Shown: positions 14,553 to 23,343, counted from the first letter of the stretch. The stretch is 32,000 nt of DNA from Ignicoccus hospitalis KIN4/I (GCF_000017945.1 NC_009776.1:1050001-1082000), one strand, 5' to 3'. The notes: a model not told the origin generated them from the letters alone. Numbers and translations: made by a program.

Positions 14553-15118
14553 AGGTCCTACACGTCTCCGACGTCCACTGCGCCGCCGAGAAGCTCAAGG
14601 GAGTTCTGAGGCGGGAGGAGTACGACCTAGTGGTCGCCACCGGCGACTTCGAGTGCTTGAGCGTCGTACACGCCTTGGAGGAGGCCAAGGCCCCCGTGTT
14701 GGCGGTCACGGGGAACTTGGACGACCCGGAGATAGCTGACCTCCTGGAGGAGCTCGGTTACAGCGTGGAAAACAAGGTGAGGGAGGTCAACGGCAAGCGC
14801 TTCGCGGGCCTCTCCGGCCAAGAGCCGAGGACCTCTGCAGAACTCTTAATGAGGTTGGAGTTCGACGTGTTGTTGAGTCATTACCCACCTAAGGGCGTTG
14901 TGGACAAGGCTTGGAACGGGGCCCACATAGGCTTGGTGGAGGTGAGGAAGCTCGTGGAGGAGAAGTCGCCGGAGTTCGTGCACTGCGGCCACGTACACGA
15001 GGCGAGGGGGTGGGACGCGTTGGGCCAAACCTTGGTGGTCAACCCCGGCCCTCTGAAGTGGGGCTACTACGCGCTGGTAGATTACGAAAACAAGACGGTG
15101 GACTTCAAGAGGGCCTAG
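14549..15118 (+). CDS. calcineurin-like metallophosphoesterase (YfcE/MJ0936-like)
   Basis: Motifs are in the canonical order: VSDVH, TGDF, LLSHYPP, GHVHE. The GTG start overlaps the yhbY TGA. Confidence 0.85.
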   Translation: MKVLHVSDVHCAAEKLKGVLRREEYDLVVATGDFECLSVVHALEEAKAPVLAVTGNLDDPEIADLLEELGYSVENKVREVNGKRFAGLSGQEPRTSAELLMRLEFDVLLSHYPPKGVVDKAWNGAHIGLVEVRKLVEEKSPEFVHCGHVHEARGWDALGQTLVVNPGPLKWGYYALVDYENKTVDFKRA

Positions 15119-15906
15119 GCCCTCTTGGCCACCAGTACTATCCTAGGCGAGGAGGGCTCGAAGGGCTTGCCGGACCAGTCGCCGTAGGCCTCTAAGGGCT
15201 TCCACCCTCCCTCCCTAGCGAGCTTGGCGAGCTCGTGGAGCGAGTAGAGGCGGAACTGCAAGTTCAAGGTAACTACCTTCTTCAAGCCGTCCTCTCCCCT
15301 CTCGTACACCTCTACCTCGCTTTCATCCATGGACTTCCACGGGTCGTAGTGGCTGTTGACTATCATTACCTTGTCTCCGTGCTCCAAGGTCCACTTGTAG
15401 CTCCTCTGGAAGCCCCTCGCCCTGAGCACGGAGTCCCTATTCTCTACATCTAACAAAAGCAGCGCGTCGGGCTTGGAGACCCAGGCGAAGTTGCGGAGTA
15501 TAGCCCTATCCACCTCGTCGCCGTAAAAGCCGAAGCTGGAAAACCAAGAAACTACGGCGTCGAACCTCAAGTCCTTCACTACCTCCGGGAGCCTCCTCAA
15601 GTCGCCCACGACGCACCTAGCCTTGTTCTCCACCCCGGCCCGGGCTATCCTCTCGTTGGCCTCCTCCACGAACTTCGGGGATATGTCTATCCCCAAAACC
15701 TCGTAGCCGTACTCAGCTAGCCCGACGGTTATCCTCCCGGTTCCGCAGCCCGCGTCTAGTACCAAGCCGCTCCTAACGCCGTGGGACTTCAGCGCCCTAG
15801 CTATGAGGGCCACTTGGGAGCTCGTGGAGGCCCAGACGGAGGGGGGCTCCGCTAGGAGGGAGGAGTAAGCGAACCACCTGACCCAAGTCTCCACTGTCCA
15901 GTCCAA
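15115..15906 (-). CDS. class I SAM-dependent methyltransferase
   Basis: Motif I is VLDAGCGTGRITVGLA, followed by the acidic post-I residue in LGIDIS. Confidence 0.85.
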   Translation of the reverse strand: MDWTVETWVRWFAYSSLLAEPPSVWASTSSQVALIARALKSHGVRSGLVLDAGCGTGRITVGLAEYGYEVLGIDISPKFVEEANERIARAGVENKARCVVGDLRRLPEVVKDLRFDAVVSWFSSFGFYGDEVDRAILRNFAWVSKPDALLLLDVENRDSVLRARGFQRSYKWTLEHGDKVMIVNSHYDPWKSMDESEVEVYERGEDGLKKVVTLNLQFRLYSLHELAKLAREGGWKPLEAYGDWSGKPFEPSSPRIVLVAKRA

Positions 15907-15958
15907 GGCCTACCTTCCGAGGAGTTTTGTCCCCGACCAGTAAAACCGTTTTCAAAAA

Positions 15959-16456
15959 TTACTTACACCTCAGCACCGATACTGGGAAGTCCAAGTTTAT
16001 TGCCCTCGCGTCCTTCTTGTCCTCGCCCTCGAACCAGTAGTATAGGGTGCCGCTCACGATCCTCTGTCCAGGCTCCAAGGCGACTATCCTGACCCTTATG
16101 GTCTTCGCCTCGCCGGGCTCTATGACCACGCTGGTGGTCGCCAAGCCGGAGCCTCCCTTTACCCCTTGACCCGCGTAGACCACCATTCCGGGGGGCACCA
16201 TTATGGTTATCTGCGCGTAAACCCTCGGGTTGAACACCGGGTTGACGGCCGTGAGCTCGTATATCGCGCTCTCGTTAACGCACACCTTGGTCTTTATCGG
16301 CCTCAGCTGGACCTCTAAGGCCTTGTAAGCTTTAGCCTTCTCCTCCACGCTCATTTGGTGGTGGCCGAAGAAGTAGAAGAAGGAGAAGGCCGCTAACACT
16401 AGCAAGGCCAGGCCCAGCAGCAAGACCGGTACGGTGAGGCCTCTCCTAGCGCTCAA
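15959..16456 (-). CDS. membrane-anchored hypothetical protein with a beta-rich ectodomain
   Basis: The N-terminal signal anchor is RRGLTVPVLLLGLALLVLAAFSFFYFF. A beta-strand-like region of about 110 aa follows. No family was recognised. Confidence 0.55.
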   Translation of the reverse strand: MSARRGLTVPVLLLGLALLVLAAFSFFYFFGHHQMSVEEKAKAYKALEVQLRPIKTKVCVNESAIYELTAVNPVFNPRVYAQITIMVPPGMVVYAGQGVKGGSGLATTSVVIEPGEAKTIRVRIVALEPGQRIVSGTLYYWFEGEDKKDARAINLDFPVSVLRCK

Positions 16457-16500
16457 CTCTCCTTATCCCGAATATTCCCTCCTATGAAAACTTAATAAGC

Positions 16501-16719
16501 TCAAACCCTATACTCCTTAGCTAAGGAGTAGCAACCCTCCCCGTGCCTTATTATGCCCTTCTTCACCAAGCTGTCGAGCACTAGCGTGGGCCTCTTTATT
16601 CCCTTCCTCCTGAGCTCTTGAAGGGCTATTATCTCGCCCACAGACTTGAAGGCGACGAAGTACTCCACCACGACCTTTTCCTCTTCAGTGAGCTCGTGCC
16701 AAGGTATCTCCTTGGGCAC
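16501..16719 (-). CDS. small winged-helix-like DNA-binding protein (72 aa)
   Basis: The size and the pattern SVGEIIALQELRRKGIKRPTLVLDSLVKKGIIRH fit a wHTH recognition helix plus wing. A TATA-like TAATAT lies about 30 nt upstream on the minus strand. Confidence 0.5.
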   Translation of the reverse strand: MPKEIPWHELTEEEKVVVEYFVAFKSVGEIIALQELRRKGIKRPTLVLDSLVKKGIIRHGEGCYSLAKEYRV

Positions 16720-16755
16720 GGCGTTCCCTTCATAGCCTCTCCCGGGGAGATATTA

Positions 16756-16829
16756 GTGCCCCGCCGCGGGTCAGCCCCGCCGAGTCGGGAATCCCCTCCG
16801 ATGAGGCGGGGAGTTACCGGCGGGGCACA
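16756..16829 (+). ncRNA. candidate H/ACA-box guide sRNA (single hairpin)
   Basis: - Lower stem: 9 bp, 16758-16766/16818-16826.
- ACA box: 16827-16829, directly after the lower stem.
- Internal loop strands: CGGGUCA (16767-16773) and AGUUAC (16812-16817).
- Upper stem: 7 bp, 16775-16781/16805-16811.
- K-turn-like core: tandem GA/GA (16782-83 and 16803-04) with a 3-nt GAU bulge.

The ACA lies 15 nt 3' of the upper stem. Confidence 0.5.
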
Positions 16830-16892
16830 CGCTTCGGCGCCGGTGATCTGAGGACCTCACCGATCGGAGATGCCGACCGTCCTCATCAACGC

Positions 16893-16898
16893 AAAAAA
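16893..16898 (-). terminator. T6 tract directly after the L34e stop
   Basis: The minus strand reads TAG-GTTTTTTGC immediately downstream of rpl34e. Confidence 0.4.
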
Positions 16899-17174
16899 CT
16901 ACTGCACCATCTTGCTTACCGCGTACTTATAAAACTTCATGAGGCACGCGTGGCATATGTAGCCGCCGTAAGGCCTCTCCGGCCTCCTCTCGGTCTTGGA
17001 GAGCTTCCTTATCTCCACCGGCCTTCCCCTGGGGACCCCTCCCAAGGGCCTCCCGCAGATCGCGCACCTCGCCGCCTTAGGCTTCCTCTTCTCGAAGTGA
17101 ACTACAGTCTTGCCCCCGGGGGTCCTCTTGTAGACCCTCCTCCTGCTGCGAGAGCGGTACGCGGGCCTTACCAT
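16899..17174 (-). CDS. rpl34e: 50S ribosomal protein L34e
   Basis: [28 protein letters not shown]...A.CA.CG..L.GVP is the L34e signature. Confidence 0.95.
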
Positions 17175-17207
17175 TTACTTAACCCCCCTCGCGCTCCCCT
17201 CAAGGCC

Positions 17208-17807
17208 TTATATCTTCTCCACGGCCTCCACGAACTTCGCCGCCGCCTCCTCCACCGCCCCTTGGCGGTTGTAGATCACGTTGACGGCCGCTCCCACCAA
17301 AACGGCGGAGGCTATAGCAGCGTTCCTGGCCAGCTCCATGAACCTCTTCAAGAAGTCGACGTCGGAGTAGTCGCTCCTCACCCTGCCCTTGTCTCCCCTC
17401 TGCCTCTCCACTATTTCCTCCGGGGAGGCTTCGATTACGAAAATTATGGCCGGGTTCAAGTTCTCTATTACATGCTTGGGGAGGCCGGGCCAGACGCCGG
17501 TCGGGGTGTTTATGGCGGCGTGGGTGTCGACTATCAAGACCCCCTCGTCGCCCAGCTCCGCCTTAGCCTCCTCTATGATGGCCTTGGCCGCCAAGGCTTG
17601 AAGCTCCCTCTGCTGGCTCAAGTTAAGCTTCCTCATCTCGTCCCTGTGCTGCACCCACCCCCTCTCCTTAGCTACCTTGAGCATGTAGTCCCCGAAGTTT
17701 GCAACCTTGACCTTGTAACCCTTCTCCTTTAACATCTCCACAGCCTTGCTGGTGACCGTGGTCTTGCCCACGCCGGGAACTCCGGTGGCAATGACTACCC
17801 TCATCAT
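17208..17807 (-). CDS. adkA: adenylate kinase, archaeal type
   Basis: The P-loop is TGVPGVGKTT, and the sequence is archaeal AdkA-like throughout (FGDYMLKVAKERG...HRDEMRKL). It lies directly downstream of secY. ATG at 17807. A GTG at 17816 is an alternative. Confidence 0.9.
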   Translation of the reverse strand: MMRVVIATGVPGVGKTTVTSKAVEMLKEKGYKVKVANFGDYMLKVAKERGWVQHRDEMRKLNLSQQRELQALAAKAIIEEAKAELGDEGVLIVDTHAAINTPTGVWPGLPKHVIENLNPAIIFVIEASPEEIVERQRGDKGRVRSDYSDVDFLKRFMELARNAAIASAVLVGAAVNVIYNRQGAVEEAAAKFVEAVEKI

Positions 17808-17812
17808 GCCCT

Positions 17813-19252
17813 TCACTCTCCGAGGACCTTTCTGAGTAGGGGATATGTCTCTATCGCCCTCTCGTACGTCAACATAGTATAGTACTGCTGTAAGATCATC
17901 GTCGCCAACAAGAGCCCGGTCCCGGTTCCGTAGGCCCCGAATATGTCGGCCACTATAACTAACAAGGCCACGATTATGCTGGACAGTATGGTCAACGGGT
18001 ATATGTACTTGGCCAGTATCTTTTCCAAGTGCCTCGGGTCGCTCCTCGCCCCGGGGACGTGGAGGCCGGACTCTATCAAGTTCCTAGCTTGGGTCTTCGG
18101 GTCCAGCCCCGCCAGCTCGACCCACAAGTAGCCGAAGGCCACGGAGAGGGCGGTCAAGGCGATTCCGTAGGTGAACATCCTCAAGGGCTCGTGGATGAAC
18201 GCCAAGAGCCCCCTTGGAGGGGTCAAGTAGTAGGCCACCGCGGAGAGCGGGCTCCCGGGGGCGTGGGAAGCGACGGTCTGTATGTTAGCGAATATTATTG
18301 CTGCCAACAAGACCGGTATGTTTGTGACGTAGAGCAAGTTGAGGGGTATCTTTATCCTCATCCCCCTCATCTCCTTTACCACGAGGGGTACTTGGATCTT
18401 AACTGAGCTCAAGTAGGCTATGGCGGCTATCATAACAACGGTGGCTAAGAAGCCTATTAGGTCCGGCATCGCCCCCACCGGGACTCTCCGGCCGTCGCAG
18501 ACCACTTGGGTCCCGGGGACCTTGGGGGCGCCGAGGGGGTTGCCCAGTATTACGGAGGCGAGGCCGCACTTGAGCGCCGCAGGCACCAGGCCGGCCCAGA
18601 TGAGCTGACCGGCTTGGCTGAACCAGCCCGCGAACTCCCAAGCTATCCCGCTGACCACGCTGGCAGCTATGAACAAGCTTATCCCGCTCCCCAGGCCGTA
18701 GCCCTTCTGGATCATCTCGTCCATAATTATTACCAGTATAGTGGCGCCCGCCAACAGCAACATGTCGAGGACTATCACCGGCGCGGGGGGAGGGTTGTAA
18801 ACCACCACCCCGTCGGGGGTCACAGTGGTCCAGAGGCTCCCGGAGAGGACCAAGCCGATTGCCTCGAACACGGCCAGCACTACCGCGAAGCCCTTCTGTG
18901 CCAATGTGAACAGCTTCTTATCTTCTGGGTCGGTCAGGTCCAAGTCTATTATTTTCGCTCCCACCAACAGCTGCAAGACCAGGCCGGCGGTCACTATGGG
19001 CCCTATTCCCAACTGCATCAGTGTGCCCGCGTTGGCCGCGAACACTATGTTCATCAAGAGGAGGTTGAAGCTCGTCTGCACGCTCACGCCGGGCAGAGGT
19101 ATGTTGCTCATCATTAGGTAAGCAACCAAAGCGAGGGCGGTCCACGTGAGCCTCTTGTACAAGTTTATCTTTCTCTTAGGCCGAGGGACAGCCGGGACGT
19201 AGGTCCCAATTTCCGCCAGCACTTCCAAAGCCTTGCGCCCTAGGTCTTGCAC
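17813..19252 (-). CDS. secY: preprotein translocase SecY
   Basis: 479-aa, ten-TM protein with a SecY-typical N-terminus (...LYKRLTWTALALVAYLMMSNIPLPG) and the conserved secY-adk linkage. GTG start. Confidence 0.95.
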   Translation of the reverse strand: MQDLGRKALEVLAEIGTYVPAVPRPKRKINLYKRLTWTALALVAYLMMSNIPLPGVSVQTSFNLLLMNIVFAANAGTLMQLGIGPIVTAGLVLQLLVGAKIIDLDLTDPEDKKLFTLAQKGFAVVLAVFEAIGLVLSGSLWTTVTPDGVVVYNPPPAPVIVLDMLLLAGATILVIIMDEMIQKGYGLGSGISLFIAASVVSGIAWEFAGWFSQAGQLIWAGLVPAALKCGLASVILGNPLGAPKVPGTQVVCDGRRVPVGAMPDLIGFLATVVMIAAIAYLSSVKIQVPLVVKEMRGMRIKIPLNLLYVTNIPVLLAAIIFANIQTVASHAPGSPLSAVAYYLTPPRGLLAFIHEPLRMFTYGIALTALSVAFGYLWVELAGLDPKTQARNLIESGLHVPGARSDPRHLEKILAKYIYPLTILSSIIVALLVIVADIFGAYGTGTGLLLATMILQQYYTMLTYERAIETYPLLRKVLGE

Positions 19253-19284
19253 TTCAGCGTCCCCGCCCTCGCCGTGGGGGTTGA

Positions 19285-19293
19285 TTAATAAAA
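19285..19293 (+). promoter_or_regulatory. TATA-like box upstream of tRNA-Leu (possibly shared with divergent secY)
   Basis: TTAATAAAA ends 25 nt upstream of the tRNA-Leu 5' end at 19318. It is the only AT-rich element in the 65-nt secY/tRNA spacer. Confidence 0.45.
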
Positions 19294-19317
19294 GGGCTCC
19301 GGTCCCTTGGGGTCGGA

Positions 19318-19404
19318 GCCGGGGTGCCCGAGCCCGGAAAAGGGGGCGGGCTTAAGACCCGCTGGCGTAGGCCTGCGTGGGTTCAAATCCCACCCCCGGC
19401 ACCA
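19318..19404 (+). tRNA. tRNA-Leu (anticodon UAA), class II long variable arm, CCA encoded
   Basis: Folded by hand:
- acceptor GCCGGGG/CCCCGGC
- anticodon arm GCGGG-CUUAAGA-CCCGC
- long variable arm UGGCGUAGGCCUGC
- T arm GUGGG-UUCAAAU-CCCAC
- discriminator A followed by CCA. Confidence 0.9.
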
Positions 19405-19414
19405 CCTAAAGGCC

Positions 19415-20452
19415 TCAGAGGGGCCAGTACCCCCTCAGCTCCCTCTTGGCCTCCTCCACGTAGAACTCCACCTCTTCCTCCGGAACGCTATCCACGACCC
19501 TCTCCTCGTCACCGAAGAACTTCTCCTTAGCGGCCCCAAGGGAGTTTAACGTACTCCTCGCTACGACCCAATTCACGTAGCCCCCCTCCAATGCTATGAC
19601 TATGGGGATCCCCAAGCTCTCCGCGAAGCTCGCGAGGGAGCTGACGGCCTCCCAGTGGCCGTCCACAGTAACCTCGAGGGACGCCAAGGGGTCGAGCCAG
19701 TGGGTGTCCCAGCCGGCGGAGACCAAGAGCGCTTGGGGCAAGTAAGCCTCGAGCACCGGCAAGACCACTTCGTGGAGGGCGTACAAGAAGCCCTTGTCCC
19801 CAGTGCCCGGGGGCAAGGGGACGTTGACGGTGTAGCCCTCCCCCTTACCGGAGCCCTTCTGGCTGGGGAAGCCCTCGAAGGGATAGAGGGTCCTAGGGTC
19901 TTGGTGTGTGCTGACGTAGAGGACCTCGTCGGTGTTGTAGAATATGTAAGCCGTCCCGTCGCCCCAGTGGACGTCTATGTCCACGACGGCGACCCTCATC
20001 CCCCTCCTCCTCAAGACCTCGGCGGCCAAGGCGACGTTGTTGAATATACAGAACCCCCTGCCTTCGGACCTCCGGGCGTGGTGGCCGGGCGGCCTGACGG
20101 CCGCGAACGCGAGCCAGTGGTCGCCCTCCACTGCCCTCTGAGCTGCGTAAGCCACCGTGCCGGCGGCGTAGAGGGCCGGCTCCCAGGAGGTGGGGCTGGC
20201 GTAGGTGTCTGGGTCCAAGTAGCCCCCTCCGGCCTCTATGACCCTCTTTACGTACTCGACGTAATCCCTATCGTGAACTAACTCCAACTCCCTTTCGTCT
20301 ATAGGGACTGGACTTCTCACTTCGACGTAATTCGGGAGCTTGGTCCTTTTCATCAAATCTAAGATAGCCTTTACCCTCTCCGGGCTCTCCGGGTGCCCGG
20401 GAGGGGTCTTGTGTAAGAGGAACACGTCACCCACGTAAATTGCCCTTTCCAA
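19415..20452 (-). CDS. histone deacetylase-family amidohydrolase (AcuC / acetylpolyamine deacetylase-like)
   Basis: HPESPERV, RPPGHHA, DIDVHWGDGT and the ALEGGY-type C-terminal motif (IALEGGY) are all present. Confidence 0.9.
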   Translation of the reverse strand: MERAIYVGDVFLLHKTPPGHPESPERVKAILDLMKRTKLPNYVEVRSPVPIDERELELVHDRDYVEYVKRVIEAGGGYLDPDTYASPTSWEPALYAAGTVAYAAQRAVEGDHWLAFAAVRPPGHHARRSEGRGFCIFNNVALAAEVLRRRGMRVAVVDIDVHWGDGTAYIFYNTDEVLYVSTHQDPRTLYPFEGFPSQKGSGKGEGYTVNVPLPPGTGDKGFLYALHEVVLPVLEAYLPQALLVSAGWDTHWLDPLASLEVTVDGHWEAVSSLASFAESLGIPIVIALEGGYVNWVVARSTLNSLGAAKEKFFGDEERVVDSVPEEEVEFYVEEAKRELRGYWPL

Positions 20453-20474
20453 GAGTTGTGCCCTTTACGGGCGG

Positions 20475-20480
20475 AAAAAA
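20475..20480 (-). terminator. T6 tract after the solute-binding protein gene
   Basis: The minus strand reads TAA-AACCCCCCTTTTTTCCGC just after the stop at 20489. Confidence 0.35.
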
Positions 20481-20488
20481 GGGGGGTT

Positions 20489-22843
20489 TTAGCCGACGAC
20501 CAGGAAGGTGGTGGTGGCTATTGAAGGCCAGAAGGCCTCCTCGCTGTAAGCTATCACCTTGACCGTGTAGCTGCCCAGCTCGGCCTCCTCCGGCACCGTG
20601 AAGGAGTACGCGAACTCGCCGTCGCCCTCGGAGGAGGCGAAGCCGGAGCTCACCAGCCCGCCCTTGGGGTCGTATATCGCGACGAACACTATAGCGTTCT
20701 CCAGGGGCTCTCCCTTGTTCTTGTCAACCACGTACACCTTCACCTCTTGCTCTTGACCCTTGACGGCCACCGGGGCGACCTCAACCTTCTTCACTTGGGC
20801 GAACTTGACGTTCTCGTAAGCTAGGTAGCTGAAGTTCTTGGCACTGAACGGGTAGTTGGGGTTGCGGAAGGCCTTGAGCACCGCGGAGTCGCTGCTCGGG
20901 TAGTAGCGGTCGAGGTACAAGGGCCCGTTGCCTATGACCGCGTGGCCGTGCTTCTCGATGAACTTGACGACGGCCTCGTAGTTAGGCGTGACCTTTATGC
21001 CCAAGAGGTCCTCGAGCTGGCCCACTTGGGGCGGCACGACCCCCTCGGAGGCGTCCTTCTCTAAGTACTCCTTAACTATCTTGACGTGCTCCGGGTTCAG
21101 TAGGTCTAACCAGTCCACTCCCTTGCTCTGAGCGGCGGTGGAGCTGAAGGCTACCTTGCCGTCTTCCACGGCTTGCTCCATGGCGTAGAGCAGCTCCCAA
21201 GGCGTGGATGGAGCGAGCACCGCCGCTACGGTGTAGGCCAGCTCGTCTGGGTCGAAGTGCATCATGTCGCTGTATATAACTATGGTGTTGGGGCTGACTA
21301 CTTGCACGCCCTTGAAGTTCTGTATCCAAGGACCGTTCACGCTGGCGACGTAGGGGTCGTATCTAACGTCGTCCTCACCAGACTTGGTGCCCCACTCCAT
21401 TACCAAGTAGACCCAATACAGCATGTCGGTTAGCCTGACCTTCTGACCGTCGTGGAACGCGCCCAAGTTGTCGCGCAAGTTGAGCACTATCATGGCCTTC
21501 GCGGTGGTTCCGGGCTTCACGTGGACCCACTTGTGCTCCTTGTAGTCGTAAGTTACCGCGTCGGGGGGTACGGCTATGTTGCCGGTCTTGACGCTCCAAG
21601 ACTTAGCTAAGAGGGGTATCTTCTCGCCGTTGTAGGGGTTGTTAGTCATGAAGTCGTCAACCATACCCTGGTGTATTATGACGCTGTAGAGGTCTTGGTA
21701 GCCCCCGACCGGGTTCCAAGCCCACTTGTGGACGTACTTGACGCCCACAGTGAGCTTGGGAGAGCCGGGCTTGTAGGCCATCATCTCCGTCCAGCGGTTG
21801 GAGATGCCGGTCAAGAGGTCGTCCACTACGTTCTTAACCTTAGCGTTGGTTATGTAAGCGTTTATCGGGCTGACTACGAATATCCTGACAGATTCTTCAA
21901 TGCCCATCCTGACTAGATCGTTGAGGAGTTCGTCCCTCTCCGCCTTATTGGCGTAGTCGCCGTTGGCCAGCTTTAGGGCTACCTCGTCTATCTCCTTGTT
22001 TTCGTAGTTGCAGAAGCCCGGGGTTTGCCAGCCCGGCATGTAGCCGAAGAAGGGGGCGTACATCTGGTAGACCGTGGAGTCGGAGTACTTGGTCATGGAG
22101 GAGCTGCCCCAGCCCTCGGTATACAAGTGCCACTCGCCCTTAGCGGGGTCGCTCATGTACACTAGCTGCAGAGCCTTCTTGAAGTCGCCGTAGATCCTCT
22201 CCACCTCGAAGCCCAGCTTCTCCAGCTCGTCGGCCAACATGTCGCCTATCTGCTTCCTCACGGGGTCGTCGTTCCTTATCATGAACTTTATCACTATAGG
22301 CTCGTCGTTGTAGTACCACTTGCCGGCCTTCATCACAGCTCCGGCCTTAGTTAATGCATCTTCTATCATCTTCTTGGCCTTCTCGAAGTCATACTGGAAG
22401 TTGAACTGCGCTAAGGTCTTTATCGCGGTTAGGTAGTCCGGGTTGACGGGCGTCAGCGGGGATATTATAGCGAAGCCGTAGCCGTTCAAGACTTGGCTGA
22501 CCACCTTTTGCCTGTCTATCAAGTAGTTGAGGGCGTACCTAACCTCTTTGATGCTGAAGGGGTTGAAGGGACCGCCGTGCTCTTGGGTCGGGCACGGGTT
22601 GACCAGTATGTCGTCCAACCCCCCGGAGGCTAAGTAATACTTGACGTTGGGGTTGTTGGCGACCTTAGGTATCATGTGAGATGGCACGAACCAGAAGTAC
22701 ATGTCCAGTTTGCCGTTCAGCACGTCTTGCACTGCGGTGGCCTCGTTGACGTAGCTCTTGAACACCTCCAAGTCTGCCTTGGCGCCGGGTAAGGCAAAGG
22801 CCAAGGCGACGGACAGCGCCAACAGAGCTGCGAGCTTCCTCAA
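20489..22843 (-). CDS. extracellular solute-binding protein, family 5 (OppA/DppA-like) with a C-terminal beta-sandwich extension
   Basis: The signal peptide is MRKLAALLALSVALAFALPGAKA. The body is long and SBP_bac_5-like (YLIDRQKVVSQVLNGYG, GEWHLYTEGWG). The last 110 aa or so look Ig/CARDB-like (EVKVYVVD...GSYTVKVIAY). Confidence 0.8.
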   Translation of the reverse strand: MRKLAALLALSVALAFALPGAKADLEVFKSYVNEATAVQDVLNGKLDMYFWFVPSHMIPKVANNPNVKYYLASGGLDDILVNPCPTQEHGGPFNPFSIKEVRYALNYLIDRQKVVSQVLNGYGFAIISPLTPVNPDYLTAIKTLAQFNFQYDFEKAKKMIEDALTKAGAVMKAGKWYYNDEPIVIKFMIRNDDPVRKQIGDMLADELEKLGFEVERIYGDFKKALQLVYMSDPAKGEWHLYTEGWGSSSMTKYSDSTVYQMYAPFFGYMPGWQTPGFCNYENKEIDEVALKLANGDYANKAERDELLNDLVRMGIEESVRIFVVSPINAYITNAKVKNVVDDLLTGISNRWTEMMAYKPGSPKLTVGVKYVHKWAWNPVGGYQDLYSVIIHQGMVDDFMTNNPYNGEKIPLLAKSWSVKTGNIAVPPDAVTYDYKEHKWVHVKPGTTAKAMIVLNLRDNLGAFHDGQKVRLTDMLYWVYLVMEWGTKSGEDDVRYDPYVASVNGPWIQNFKGVQVVSPNTIVIYSDMMHFDPDELAYTVAAVLAPSTPWELLYAMEQAVEDGKVAFSSTAAQSKGVDWLDLLNPEHVKIVKEYLEKDASEGVVPPQVGQLEDLLGIKVTPNYEAVVKFIEKHGHAVIGNGPLYLDRYYPSSDSAVLKAFRNPNYPFSAKNFSYLAYENVKFAQVKKVEVAPVAVKGQEQEVKVYVVDKNKGEPLENAIVFVAIYDPKGGLVSSGFASSEGDGEFAYSFTVPEEAELGSYTVKVIAYSEEAFWPSIATTTFLVVG

Positions 22844-22901
22844 GGGCCCACCTTCAGTTCTGCCCCCGAGGGAGAGTAGATAAGCGTCTATAGTCCGAGA
22901 T

Positions 22902-23336
22902 CTAAATCTGTGACTTGCGTTTCTCTATTACTTTAATGCTCTCTATCTCCGTGTAGGGGTACTGACCCTCCTCGTCCTTCTCATATTTCTTTACCATATC
23001 CCAAATGTTGAGCAGTGCTAATGAGACCGCCGTGAGGGCTTCCATCTCCACCCCGGTCCTCTCCACCGCCTTCACGGTCACCCTCACCTTCAGCCTATTT
23101 TCGTCCACCCTTTCGAACTCCACCTTGACGTCCGTGAGCCTTATGGGGTGACAGTAGGGGAGGAGCTGGGGGGTGAGCTTGGCTCCTTGGACCGCCACCG
23201 CCCCGGTGACCTCCAGCACGTTCCCCTTCTCGACGGCGTTCTGGTAAATTCGGTCCAAGGTCTCCTTCCTAAGCCTTATCACCCCCTCCGCGGTGGCCTC
23301 CCTATATACGACGTCCTTCTCTGTTATGTCCACCAT
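22902..23336 (-). CDS. moaC: cyclic pyranopterin monophosphate synthase MoaC
   Basis: MVDITEKDVVYREATAEG..., LPYCHPI and GVEMEALTAVSLALLNIWDM are MoaC signature blocks. ATG at 23336 lies 7 nt after the permease stop. Confidence 0.9.
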   Translation of the reverse strand: MVDITEKDVVYREATAEGVIRLRKETLDRIYQNAVEKGNVLEVTGAVAVQGAKLTPQLLPYCHPIRLTDVKVEFERVDENRLKVRVTVKAVERTGVEMEALTAVSLALLNIWDMVKKYEKDEEGQYPYTEIESIKVIEKRKSQI

Positions 23337-23343
23337 TCCCCTC

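Noticed and set aside
16771-16890. A minus-strand reading of the L34e/wHTH spacer as a C/D-box RNA, with UUGAUGA near 16882-16888 and CUGA at 16771-16774.
   Set aside because: The boxes are about 110 nt apart, far beyond archaeal C/D sRNA size. The internal C'/D' boxes are absent. The plus-strand H/ACA fold explains more features (ACA position, 15-nt spacing, GA/GA core).
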